Source: Centroscyllium fabricii (lineage: Eukaryota). From it: a stretch of 64,000 nt of DNA. The translations under genes were made by a program, and so were the position numbers. This document shows, piece by piece, positions 33,990 to 46,218 of this stretch. The stretch spans positions 1,302,001 through 1,366,000 of the forward strand of contig JBNRSN020000133.1 of NCBI GenBank assembly GCA_051313645.2, written 5' to 3'. Every line of letters starts with the position of its first letter. The stretch's first letter is position 1. Under the pieces are notes generated by a model. That model was not told the origin of the DNA. It did no database searches and saw only the letters and a program-made list of their open reading frames with translations.

Positions 33990-35340
33990 CTAGAATCATA
34001 GAATGATAGATCAAAGAATGAGGCCATTCGGCCCATTTTACCCGTGCCCTAGTTTTGCGAGAGTTATGAAATTTCTCCCACTCCCCTGCTATTTCTGCAA
34101 ATTCTTCTGCAAACGTTTATCCAATTCCATTTTGAAAGTTATTAGTGAATCTGTTTCCACCAGCATTTCAGGCAGTGCTTTCTAGATCAGAAAAACTCGC
34201 TGCCTAAAAATACGTTTTCCTCACGCCGTATCTTGTTATCCAGCCAACTGCTTTAACTCTGTGTCCTCTGGTTACCGACCATTGTGAGACTGGAATCTGT
34301 TTACCCTTATATACTCGTCTAACAAATCCCCCCTTAACTATCTCTTCTTAATAAGAAAAAACTGTTTCTTCAGTCTGTCCACGTAACTGAATTATTCCAT
34401 TCCTGGTAACATTCTGGAAAATATCCATGCACCCTGTCTGAGGTCTTGACATTATTCCTAAGGGGTCGTGCCCATATTTAGCCACAATACTCCAGTTGCG
34501 TCCCAAATAGCGTTTTATACAGGTTTAGCATAACTTGTTTGCTTCTGTACTCTCTGTCTCTGTTTATAAAGCCTTTTTAACAGGCTTATCAACTTGATCT
34601 GCCACCTTCAAACACTTGTGTACGAACACCCCAGGTCCCTCTCGTCCGGCAACCCTTTAAAATTGTACCATTTTGTTTGTATTGCCTCTGATCATACTTA
34701 CTACAAAAATGTTCCACTTCACACTCCACAGCCTTGAATTTCATCTGCCTTGTGTCAGATCATTTCACCAGTCTGTCTATATCTTCCTGAAACCTGATAC
34801 ACTCCTCCTCACTATTTATTACATTTCCAAGTTACACCTCATCTGCAAATTTTGAAATTATGCTTCGCATAATCAAGTCAAGGTCATTAATATATATGAA
34901 AAAGTGCATTAGTCGCATCACCGACCCCAGGGCACGCCACTGCAAGCTCCCCTCCAGCCTTAAAAACAGCCGTTCACCACTACCCTCTGCTTCCTGTCCA
35001 TTAGACAATTCCGTAACCACTGCCCCTTTAACTTCACGGGATTCAATTTTGATAATAAATTTATTATTTAGTATTTATCAAATGTGTTTTGTAAGTCCAT
35101 ACACAAACCATCAACAGCACTACATTCATCTATTGGCTGCATTACTTCATCAAATAAATCAATCAAGTTTTTCAAACAAGATTTCCCTTTAACAAATCCA
35201 TGTAGCTTTCATGTACGAGCGTTTACTTTCCCAAGTGCCTGTTATTTTTTTCCCCACAATGTGGTCACTATAAGTTTCCCCACCACCGACGTTAGGCTGA
35301 CTGGCCTGTCGATGCCTGGTTTCTCCCTCTCCCCTTTTCT
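33990..35340 (-). mobile_element. Old degenerate CR1 ORF2/3' region
   Basis: FIYINDLD...ISKFAD and PVSLTSVVG motifs on the minus strand; CR1 tail at ~33990. Confidence 0.8.
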
Positions 35341-35344
35341 TGAA

Positions 35345-35562
35345 ACGTGTGTAGCCCGTGGCACTGGGAGTAATCCAGAGATGATCAGCCTGGAGGTTCT
35401 GCTATTTAACTTGCTTTCTGGCTCTTGAATCTATGCCTGTAGGACCTGAACCATTTTTCTACTTAATGTCTTTGGTTCCAACATAGAACACGACTTCTGT
35501 CTGTTCGGATTCTCCTGCGAAGACGTTCTGCGCTATTTCAGTGCTTGTCTTTACCCTGGCAC
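35345..35562 (-). mobile_element. CR1 ORF1 esterase (SGNH) fragment, downstream half of an interrupted host element
   Basis: Minus strand reads GARVK...QNVFAGESEQTEVVFYVGTKDI...SRLIISGLLPVPRA, typical of CR1 ORF1. Confidence 0.7.
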
Positions 35563-35563
35563 C

Positions 35564-38500
35564 ATTAGAACATAGAACATAGAACATACAGCACTGAACA
35601 GGCCCTTGGGCCCTCCATGTAGTGCCGTGCTTAGTCCGTCTCTGATTTTTCCTGTCCCCCCTACTCTTCCTTCCCCTCCATGTACCTATCTATCATCCTT
35701 TTAAAAGCTCCCAGACTGTCCACATCCACTATTTCAGATGGTAGCCTATTCCATTCCCCGACCACTCTCTGCGTAAAGAACTTGCCCCTGCCATCCCTTC
35801 TGAATCTTCCTCCTTGAATATTGTGCTCGTGCCCTCTTGTTGTCCTTCTTCACACCCGGGGAAACAGCCTCTGCACGTTTACTCTATCGATCCCCTTCAT
35901 CATTTTAAACATCTCTATTAAGTCCCCCCTCTTCCTTCTCCGTTCCAGGGAGAAGAGTCCCAGCTCCCTCAACCTCTCCTCGTACGACTTTCTCCCCATT
36001 CCCGGCAGCATCCTGGTGAATCTCCTCTGCACCCTCTCCAGCGCCTCCACATCCCTACTGTAGTATGGTGCCCAGAACTGCACACAGTACTCCAAGTGTG
36101 GTCTCACCAGTGACCTGTACAGCTGTAGCATGACCTCCCGGTTCTTAAACTCTATTCCCCTATTGATGAAGGCCAATTCACCATAGGCCTTATTTACTGC
36201 CTTATCCACCTGGGTGGCAGCCTTCAATGATCTGTGTACATATACTCCCAGATCCCTTTGCTCCTCTGCTTCACTCAGGACCCTGCCGTTGACCATATAT
36301 TCCCTCTTCCTATTTGCCCTACCGAAGTGCATCACCTCGCATTTCCCCGTGTTGAACTCCATTTGCCATTCTTCAGCCCAGCTCTGCATCCTATCTATAT
36401 CCCTCTGAATCTTTCTAATTCCTTTCTCCTCATCCACTACTCCCCCAATCTTTGTGTCATCCGCAAATTTGCTGAACCACCCCTCAGTCCCCTCCTCCAA
36501 GTCATTGATAAAGATTACAAATAGTAGTGGCCCCAACACCGACCCCTGTGGTACCCCACTGGTGATCGGTCTCCAACCCGAGTATTGGCCCTCTACCACT
36601 ACCCTCTGCTTCCACTGAGCCAGCCAGTTCTCAATCCATCCCACCACTTCGTTGTTTACCCCGCAACTCCTTACTTTCTTCAGAGTCGACCGTGCGGGAC
36701 CTTGTCGAACGCCTTGCTGAAGTCCATATATATGACATCAACCGCCTTTCCCTCATCCACACACTTGGTCACCTCTTCAAAGAATTCTATCAGGTTGGTC
36801 AGGCACGATTTGCCCTTAACGAATCCGTGCTGACTGCTCCTGATTAATTTGCCCCTTTCTAGATGGTCGTAGATCCTGTCCCTCAGGACCCTTTCCATCA
36901 CCTTTCCGACCACCGAGGTAAGGCTGACTGGTCTGTAATTCCCTGGCACGTCCCTGCTCCCCTTTTTAAATATGGGAACCACATTCGCCTCTCTCCAGTC
37001 CTCAGGGACTATCCCCGACGATAGCGAGGAACTAACGATAGAGGTCAGTGGCTCTGCGATTTCGTTCCTCGCTTCCCAGAGAATCCTTGGATATATCCCG
37101 TCCGGCCCAGGAGATTTGTCTACCTTCAGTTTCTCCAAAATGTCTAATACCTCCCCCCTCTGAATATTTACTTCCCCCATCCTTTCCCCTTGTATCTTGA
37201 ACTCCTCCTCTACTTTTAGTTCCCTCTCCCTTGTGAACACGGACGCAAAATATTCATTTAGTGCTTCCCCAATTTCCTTTGACTCCGTGCACATTTCTCC
37301 CTTGCCGTCTTTGATCGGCCCTACTCTTATCCTAGTCATCCTTTTATTTCTTACGTAAGCATAGAAAGCCTTAGAGTTCTCCTTTATCCTTCCCGCTAAT
37401 GCCTTCTCATGCTCTCCCTTTGCCTTCCTTAGCCCATTCTTCAGTTTTTTCCTTGCTTCTTTGTACTCCTTTCCCGCCCCTGCTCTACACTGCTTTCTCA
37501 TTCTATCATATGCCTCCTTCTTCTTCTTTACTAATTGTACTAACTCTTTCGTGATCCACGGTTCTCTCATCTTTCCCTTGTTTCCCATCCTACTCGGGAC
37601 ATGCTTATCCAGGGCTTTCATAATTTTCTCCCTGAACACTCTCCATTTTTCTTCCGTTCCTCTCCCAGCAAGTTCCCGTTCCCAATTGGTGTTAGCTAAA
37701 TGGTGCCTAATCCTGTCGTAATTTCCCCTCCCCCAGCTGTATACCTTAACCTGCCTCATGCTCCTATACTTCTCCATTACTATTGTGAACGTCACCCAGT
37801 TGTGGTCACTGTCCCCAAAGTGATCCCTTACCCCCAGTTCTACCACTTGGCCTGGTTCCTTTCCCAGAACCAGGTCCAACGTTGCCCCCCCCCTTGTTGG
37901 TTCCTCCACGTATTGTGTCAGGAAACCTTCCTGCACGCATTGTAAGAAAATCTCTCCATCTGCACTCTTTGACCTTCCTAGATTCCAGTATATATTAGGG
38001 AAATTGAAATCTCCCATGATAACTACCCTATGTCCCCCACATCTTTCCTTGATTTGTCGCACAATTTCCTCCTCCACCTCCCTGTTACTATTTGCTGGTC
38101 TGTGAAAGAATCCCACTAACGTTACCGCCCCTTTCCTATTTCTAAGCTCCGCCCATACTACCTCCGTTCGTGTGTCCCCCTCAAAGTGTTTTTCTGTAGC
38201 TGTCACACTGTCCTTGACCAGCAGTGCTACTCCCCCCCCCGCGCTTTCCTCCCTCCCTGCTCCTCCAGAAGCTTCTGTATCCATGAACCCCAAGCTTCCA
38301 GTTTTGTCCCTGCTCCAGCCATGTCTCTGTAATGGCCACCACATCGAAGTCCCATGTCGACATCCATGCCCCTAGCTCTCCTGCCTTGTTCCGTATACTT
38401 ATTGCATTGAAGTAGGCCGCTGCTCCCCCTATATACAGATACCAATATAAAGGCCCCTCCCCTTCCTGTTAAACTCCCTACTTAAAGATCACCAGTCCAG

Positions 38501-38998
38501 AGTTCCTCCTTCCTCTGCTTCCCCACAGGTCCGACTCCTCGGCCCCGCTCTCTTCTGGCTTTTCAAAAAAGCCCGCGAAGCTGCTGCCTCTGCTGCTGCT
38601 CCTCCTTTGCGCCGCTGCTCCTCCTGTGCCCCGCTCCCTTCTGATGGCCTCGCTGCCTCCTCGGGCTCCTCTTATGCCTCTGCCGACGCTCCTCTGCTTC
38701 CCCACAGGTCCGACTCCTCGGTCCCGCTGTCTTCTGGCTTTTCAAAAAAACCCGCGAAGCTGCTGCCTTTGCCGCTGCTCCTCCTGTGCGCCGCTGCTCC
38801 TCCTGTGCCCCGCTCCCTTCTGATGGCCTCGCTGCCTCCTCGGGATCCTCTTATGCCTCTGCCGCCGCTCCGCTGCTTCCCCACAGGTCCGACTCCTCGG
38901 CCCCGCTCACTTCTGGCTTTTCAAAAAAGCCCGCGAAGCTGCTGCCTCTGCCGCTGCTCCTCCTGTGCGCCGCTGCTCCTCCTGTGCCCCGCTCCCTT
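35564..38998 (-). mobile_element. Young CR1 LINE with near-complete ORF2 (APE + RT) and GC-rich ~180-bp tandem 5' monomers
   Basis: ORFs 38181-38363, 36680-38344 and 35850-36647 give DVVAITETW, GDFNFP, SPGPDG, YRPVSLTS, YMDFSKAFDKV, GVPQGSVLGP and FADD; two 1-nt frameshifts; (TTCTATG)n tail at ~35565-35590. Confidence 0.95.
38513..38998. repeat. GC-rich ~180-bp tandem repeat, ~2.7 copies
   Basis: CTGCTTCCCCACAGGTCCGACTCCTCGG recurs at ~38515, 38694 and 38873. Confidence 0.9.
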
Positions 38999-39480
38999 CA
39001 GAGACTTCTGTCTGTACCCAAACTATCGAATCCCCTATGCCGACAACATTTCTACTCGTTGCTGTGCCTCTATGTGCATTCATTTGCTCCACGTCGCTAT
39101 GGGTGAGCCCGAGACTGCATTCCAACAAGCGCTGGACGCCAGTTTGAGTGTGGCATAACCCAAGAGGGATCCTGCGCTATCTGTCTCGTCCTACCTTGCC
39201 GGATGGCCATGCACCTACTAAGCTCCTGCACCCTCTGTAGCAGCGGAGTGACCAGTTCCCCTTCTGCCCGTTTAAGAAACTTCTCAGCCTTCCTTGTGCC
39301 CTGCACTGACTCAGTCGTTCCTCAAGCTCAGACACTCTGAACTTGACTTCCAGCAACTGGAGCCACTTCCTGCCCAGGTGATTATCCAGGACACATGGAG
39401 CGTCCTGGAGTTCCCAAAAGGCAAACCTTTTGCTGGCAATGGGTAGCAGCTGTCCGAAAATGTTCTTAAAGGTCTATCTG
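38999..39480 (-). mobile_element. CR1 ORF1 N-terminal part (decayed zinc-finger/coiled-coil and GDS esterase start) of the host element
   Basis: Minus strand RNVVGIGDSIV and LQRVQELSR segments. Confidence 0.7.
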
Positions 39481-41755
39481 CTTATGACATATATATAAAT
39501 AATCAGAGCTATTCATTGGGTATCGGGGCAATAAATTAAAATCAACAAAGTAGAGGATACAAAAATTAAATTGGCCACAATTGTATTGAATATAAATCGG
39601 GAATACATCTAACATAACGTTGTAAATAGCAGTACTAGGGTAATGGACATATGTTTTAGTTTTGTACCCGCAAACTCATATTAAATATGTCATTAATTTA
39701 GTACCTGGGTACTCCTATTTAATATGCGTTAATCCAGTACTCCCGGACTCCTATTCACTAGGCAATTAGTTTAGTACCTGGGTACTCCTCTTTACTATGT
39801 TTTAGTCTAGTACTCCTGGACCCCTATTCACTAGGCAGTTAGTTTAGTACCTGGGTACTCCTATTTACTATGTGTTAGTCTAGTACTCCCGGACTCCTAT
39901 TCATTAGGCAGTTAGTTTATTAGCTGGGTACTCCTATTTACTATGATTTAGTCTAGTCCTCCCGTACCCCTATTCACTGGGCAGTTAGTTTTGTACCTGG
40001 ATACACCTATTTACTATCATTTCGTCTAGTACTCCCGGACTCCTGTTCACTAGGCAGTTAGTTTAGTACCTGGGTACTCCTATTTACTATATTTTAGTTC
40101 AATACTCCAGGACTCCAATTCACTAGGCAGATAGTTTAGTACCTGGGTACTTCTATTTACAATGTTTTAGTCTAGTAATCCCGGACTCCTCTTCACTAGG
40201 CAGTTAGATTAGTACCTGGGGACTCCTATTTGCTATGGTTTAGTCTAGTATTCCCGGACCCCTATTCACTAGGTAGTTAGTTTAGTACCTTGGTACTCCT
40301 ATTTACAATATTTTAGTCTAGTACTCCCGGACTCCTATTCACTAGGCAGTTAGGTTATTACCTGGGTACTCCTATTTGCTGTGCTTTAGTCTGGAACTCC
40401 CGGACTCCTGTTCACTAGGCAGTTAGTTTAGTACCTGGGCACTCCTATTTACTATAATTTAGCCCAATACTCCAGGACTCCTATTCACTAGGCAGTTAGG
40501 TTATTACGTGGGTACTCCTACTTACTATGTTTTCGTCCACTAGCCCCAGACTCCTATTCACTAGGCAGTTAGTTTAGTACCAGGGTACTCGCATTTATTA
40601 TGTTTTACTCCAGGAGTCACGGACTCCTACTCACTAGACAGTTACTTTAGTACCTGGGTACTCCTATTTACTATGTTTTAGTCAAGAACTCACGGACTCC
40701 TATTCACTAGGCAGTTAGTTCAGTACCTGGGTACTCCTATTTACTATGGTTTAGTCTTGTACTCACGGACTCCTATTCACTTGGCAGTTAGTTTGGTACC
40801 TGGGTACTCCTAGTTATTGTGTTTAGTCCAGTACTCCCGGAATCCTATTCACTAGGCTGTTAGTTTAGTACCTGGGTACTCCTATTTACTATATTTTAGT
40901 GTAGTGCTCCCGGACTACTTTTCACTAGGCAGGTAGTTTAGTACCTGGGTACTCCTATTCATTATGTTTTAGACCAGTACTCCCTGACTCCTATTCTCTA
41001 GGTCGGTATTGTACTACATGGGTACTCCTATTTGCAGTGTGTTAGTCTATTACCCCCGGACTCCTATTCACTGGGCAGTTAGTTTAGTACCTGGGTACTC
41101 CTATTTACTATGTTTCAGTCTAGTACACCCGGAATCCTACACACTGTGCAGTTAATTTAGTACCTGGGTACTCCTATTTATTATGTTTTAGCCCAGTACT
41201 CCCGGACTCCTTTTCATTGGGCAGTCAGTTTAGTACCTGGGTACTCCTATTTACTATGTTTCAGTCTAGTACACCCGGAATCATATTCACTGGGCAGTTA
41301 ATTTAGTACCTGGGTAGTCCTATTTACTACGTTTTAGTCCAGTACTCCCGGACTTCTGTTCATTAGGCAGTCAGTTTAATACCTGGGAACAACTATTTAC
41401 TATGTCTTAGTCCAGGACTCCCGGACTCCGATTCACTAGGTAGATAGTTTAGTACATGGATACTCCTATTTACTATTGTTTATTCCAGTACTCCCGGACT
41501 CCTATTCACTAGGTAGTTAGTTTAGTACCTGGGAACTCCTCTTTACTATGTTTTAGTCTAGTACTCCCGGACCCCTATTCACTACGTAGTTAGTTTAGTA
41601 CCTGGGTACTCCTATTTACTATGTTTTAGTCTAGGACTCCCGGGCTCGTATTCATAGGCAGTTAGTTTAGTACCTGAGTACTCCTATTTGCTATGTTTAA
41701 TCCAGTACTCCAGGACTCCTATTCACTAGCTAGTTAGTTTAGTACCTTTGTACTC

Positions 41756-44700
41756 ATAGAATCATAGAAGATAGGAGCAGGAGTAGGCCATTCAGCCCTT
41801 CGAGCCTGCTCCACCATTCAATTAGATCATGGCTGATCTTTAGTAAGCTAGTACCCCGTCCCCGCCTTTTCTCCATAACCTTTAATCCCTTTACCTTGAA
41901 GAAATATATCCAATTCCCTCTTGAATATATTTAATGAACTGGCCTCCACCGCCCTCTGTGGCAAGGAATTCCACAGGCCCACCACTCTCTGAGTGAAGAA
42001 ATTCTTCCTCATGTCTGTCCTAAATGGTTTACCCCTTATTCTTAGACCGTGGCCCTGGTTCTGGACTCCCCCACCATTGGAAACATTCTCTCTGAATCCA
42101 ACCGGTCCAGACCCTTCAGAATTTTATACGTCTCAATGAGATCGCCTCTCAATCTTCTAAACTCCAACGAGTACAAGCCCAGACTACATAATCTCTCCTC
42201 GTAGGTCATTCCTGCCATTCCAGGAATCAGCCTGGTGAAACGCCGCTGCACTCCCTCCATGGCAAGAACAACCTTTCTCAGGCGAGGCGACCAGAACTGT
42301 ACACAATACTCGAGGTGTGGTCTCACCAGTGCCTTGTACAGCTGTAGTAAGGTATCCTTATTCCTATACCCGAACCCTCTTGATATGAAGGCCAACATAC
42401 CATTTGCCTTCCTAACCGCCTGCTGCACCTGCGTGCTCGCCTTCAGCGACTGGTGCACAAGAACACCCAGGTCTCTTTGCACCTCCCCATCTCCCAATCT
42501 ATTGCCATTTAAGTAATAATCTACCCTCCTGTTTTTGCCCCCCAAAGTGGATAACCTCACATTTATCCACATTATAGTGCATCTGCCATCTATCTGCCCA
42601 GTCCCCGAACTTATCCAAATCGCCCTGTAACTTCCTGGCACCCTCTTCAGAGCCCGCCTCCCCCCTCCAAGCTTGGTGTCATCTGCGAATTTGGAGATAT
42701 TACATTCAATTCCCTGATCCAGATCATTAATATATATTGTAAACAGCTGGGGTCCCAGGACAGACCCCTGTGGTACCCCACTAGTCACCGGCTGCCACTC
42801 AGAAAACGAGCCATTAATTCCAACTCTCTGTTTTCTGTCTGCCAACCAGTTCTCTATCCACATCAAAACTTTGCCCCCAATCCCATGAGCCTCAATTTTA
42901 CATGCCAATCTTTTATGTGGAACCTTATCGAAGGCTTTCTGGAAGTCAAGGTACACCACATCTACTGGCTCTCCCCCATCTATTTTCCGAGTTACTTCCT
43001 CAAAGAATTCCAATAAATTAGTTAAACAGGATTTAACTTTTGTAAATCCATGTTGACTCTGTCCGATCTCATCCCTAATTGTCAAATGCTCCGAGATTAC
43101 AACCTTGATAATGGACTCGAGCATTTTGCCCACTACTGATGTAAGGCTTACTGGTCTATAATTTCCTGCCTTCTCTCTGCCCCCCTTTTTAAATAGTGGG
43201 GTAACATTACCCACCCTCCAATCCATGGGTACTGATCCAGAGTCTATCGAGTTCTGGAAAATGATCCTTAAAGCACCCGCTATTTCCAGGGCCACCTCTT
43301 TAAGTACCCTAGGATGTAGATTATCTGGCCCTGGGGATTTGTCGGCCTTCAATCCCTTCAACTTCCCCAAAACCATCTCCCTAGAAATACTGATTTCTGT
43401 CAGCTCCTCCCTTGCATTAGACCCTATGTTCGCTGCTATTCCAGGGAGGTTGCTTGTGTCCTCCTTTGTGAAGACAGAACCAAAATATGAATTTATTTGG
43501 TCTGCCATTTCTTTATTCCCCATTATATATTCCCCTGAATCGGACTGCAAGGTACCGACTTGGGATTTTACCAATCTTTTCCTCTTGATGTACCTATAAA
43601 AGCTTTTGCAGTCAGCTTTTATGTTTGCCGCAAGCTTACATTCGTAATCTATCTTCCCCCTCCTGATTAATCCCTTTGTCTTCCTTTGCTGTATCCTGAA
43701 CTGCTCCCAATCTTCCGGCCTGGTACTTTTTTTGGCCAATTGATATGCCCATTTTTTGGATTTAATGTTGTCCCTTATTTCCCTTGTTATCCACGGTTGA
43801 GTCACCTTTCTAGGTTTATTCTTATGCCAAACCGGTATGAACGAGTTCTGTAATTCTTCCATCCTACACTTGAATGCTTGCCATTGTCTATCCACATTCA
43901 ATCCCCCCAGAAACACTGCCCAATCTACCTTACTTAATTCCCTTCTCATACCTTCATAATTCCCTTTATTTAAATTCAGGACCCTAGTCTCTGAGTTGAT
44001 CTTTTCACTTTCCATCTCAACTGAGAATTCGATCATATTATGATCGCTCCGACCCAAGGGGCCTCGAACAACTAGATTGCTAATTAGTCCCTTCTCATTG
44101 CACAATACCCAGTCTAAGATAGACTGATCCCGAGTTGGTTCCTCGACATATTGGTCCAGATAACCGTCCCGTAGACATTCTAGGAATTCCTCCTCCTCAG
44201 TATTTTTACTAACTTGGCTAGTCCAATCAATATGTAGATTAAAGTCGCCCATGACCACAGCTCTGCCCTTATTGCAAGCTTCCCTAATTTCCCTTTTTAT
44301 GCCGTCCCCCACCTCCATATTACTATTTGGAGGCCTGTATATAACTCCCACTAATGTTTTCCGCCCTTTACTATTTCTTAATTCTACCCATATCGATTCC
44401 GTATTATCTGAGTTAATATCCTTCCTTTCAATTGCATTTATCCCCTCTTTCACCAGCAATGCCACCCCATCTCCCTTTCTTTTGTGCCGATCCTTTCTGA
44501 ATGTTGTATACCCCGGGATGTTGAGTTCCCAGCCTTGCCCACCCTGCAGCCATGTTTCCGTAATTACAATCAACTCATATTTGCTTACCTCTATTTCAAC
44601 AGCTAGTTCATCCACCTTGTTCCTAATGCTTCTTGCATTAAGATACAAAGCATTTAGGCTTGTTTTGATCACACTATTATGAATTATTTTGGCCCTTTGT

Positions 44701-44825
44701 GTTTCTCTCCCTTGTTATTGCTTCGCACCTTCCTACCATTTATTTCTGGCTTCCTAGGACTTCCCTCTTTTCCACTACCTAGGTTCCCACCCCCCTGCCA
44801 TACTAGTTTAAAACCTCCCGAACCG
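41756..44825 (-). mobile_element. Young CR1 LINE with near-intact ORF2 (876-aa ORF 42042-44672) inserted in the satellite
   Basis: LYLNARSIRNK, VITETW, GDFNL, SDHN, SPGPD, YLDFQKAFDKV, GVPQGSVLGP, FADD; ORF1 C-terminal end (GFKLVWQGGG) at the 5' end; CR1 tail at 41756. Confidence 0.97.
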
Positions 44826-45990
44826 CTATGTACTATGTTTTCGTCCAGTACTCCCGGACTCCTATTCACTAGGCAATTAGTTTAGTACCTGGGTACTCCT
44901 ATTTATTATGTTTCAGTCCAGTACTCCTGGACTCCTATTCACTAGGTAGTTAGTTTAGTACCTGGGTACTCCTATTTACTATGTTTTAGTACAGTACTCC
45001 CGGACTCCTATTCACTAGGCAATTAGTTCAGAACATGGGAACTCCTATTTACTATCTTTTAGTCCAATGCTCCCGGACTCCTGTTCACCAGGCAGTTAAT
45101 TTAGTACCTGGGTACTCCTATTTACTATGTTTTAGTACAGTACTCCCGGACTCCTATTCACTAGGCAATTAGTTCAGTACATGGGTACTCCTATTTACTA
45201 TGTTTTAGTCCAATGCTCCCGGACTCCTATTCACTAGGCAGTTAGTTTAGTAGCTGGGTACTCCTATTTATTATGTTTTTGTCCAGTACCCACGGAGTCC
45301 TGTTCCTAGGCAGTTAGTTTAGAACCTGGGTACTCTTATTTACTGTGTTTTAGTCTAGTACACCCGGATTCCTATTCACTAGGCAGTTATTTTAGTACCT
45401 TGGAACTCCTATTTACTATGTTTTTGTCCTGTACTTCCGGACAACTATTCACTAGTTGCTTAGTTTAGTACCTGGTTACTCCTATTTACCATGTTTTAGT
45501 CCAGTACTCCCGGACTCCTATTCACTAGGCAGTTAGTTTAGTACCTGGGTACTCCTATTTACAATGATTTAGTCCAGTACTCCGGGGCTCCTATTCACTA
45601 GGTTGTTAGTCTAGTACCTGGGTACTCCTATTTATTATGTTTTAGTCTTGTACTCCCGGACTCCTATTCACTAGGTAGTTTGGTTAGTACCTGGGTACTC
45701 CTATGTACTATGTTTTAGTCCAGTACTCCCAGACTCCTATTCATTAGATCGTTAGTTTATTACCTGGGTACTCCTATTTACCAAGTTTTAGTCCAGTACT
45801 CCCGGACTCCTATTCACTAGGCAATTAGGTCAGTACCTGGGTACTCCTATTTACTATGTTGTAGTCCAATGCTCCCGCACTCCGGTTCACTTATCAGTGA
45901 GTTTAGTACCTGGGTACTCCTATTTACTATGTTTTAGTCCAATACTCCAAGACTCCTATTCACTAGGCAGTTAGTTTTGTACTTGGGTAC

Positions 45991-46218
45991 TGATGTGACA
46001 AAAGCGACTTACACATCAATACTTTAAGCAAAGCTTTAATCAGCTATTTACAGAGTTGAGAGTTTTAACATATTTACATGGAGAAGCATTATCTCAGACT
46101 GAATAGCTGCAGAGTTTATACTACTACACAGGAAGTGACATGTACATGAAGTGATGTCACTGGAAGTTCATAAGCAGAGTTCATCCGACTTCCTACCTGA
46201 AGTCTCAATATAATTACA
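45991..46218 (-). mobile_element. Solo LTR (228 bp) with 5-bp TSD GGTAC
   Basis: GGTAC|TGATGT...ATTACA|GGTAC; TG...CA termini; minus strand has TATAAA-like and ATTAAA motifs. Confidence 0.85.
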
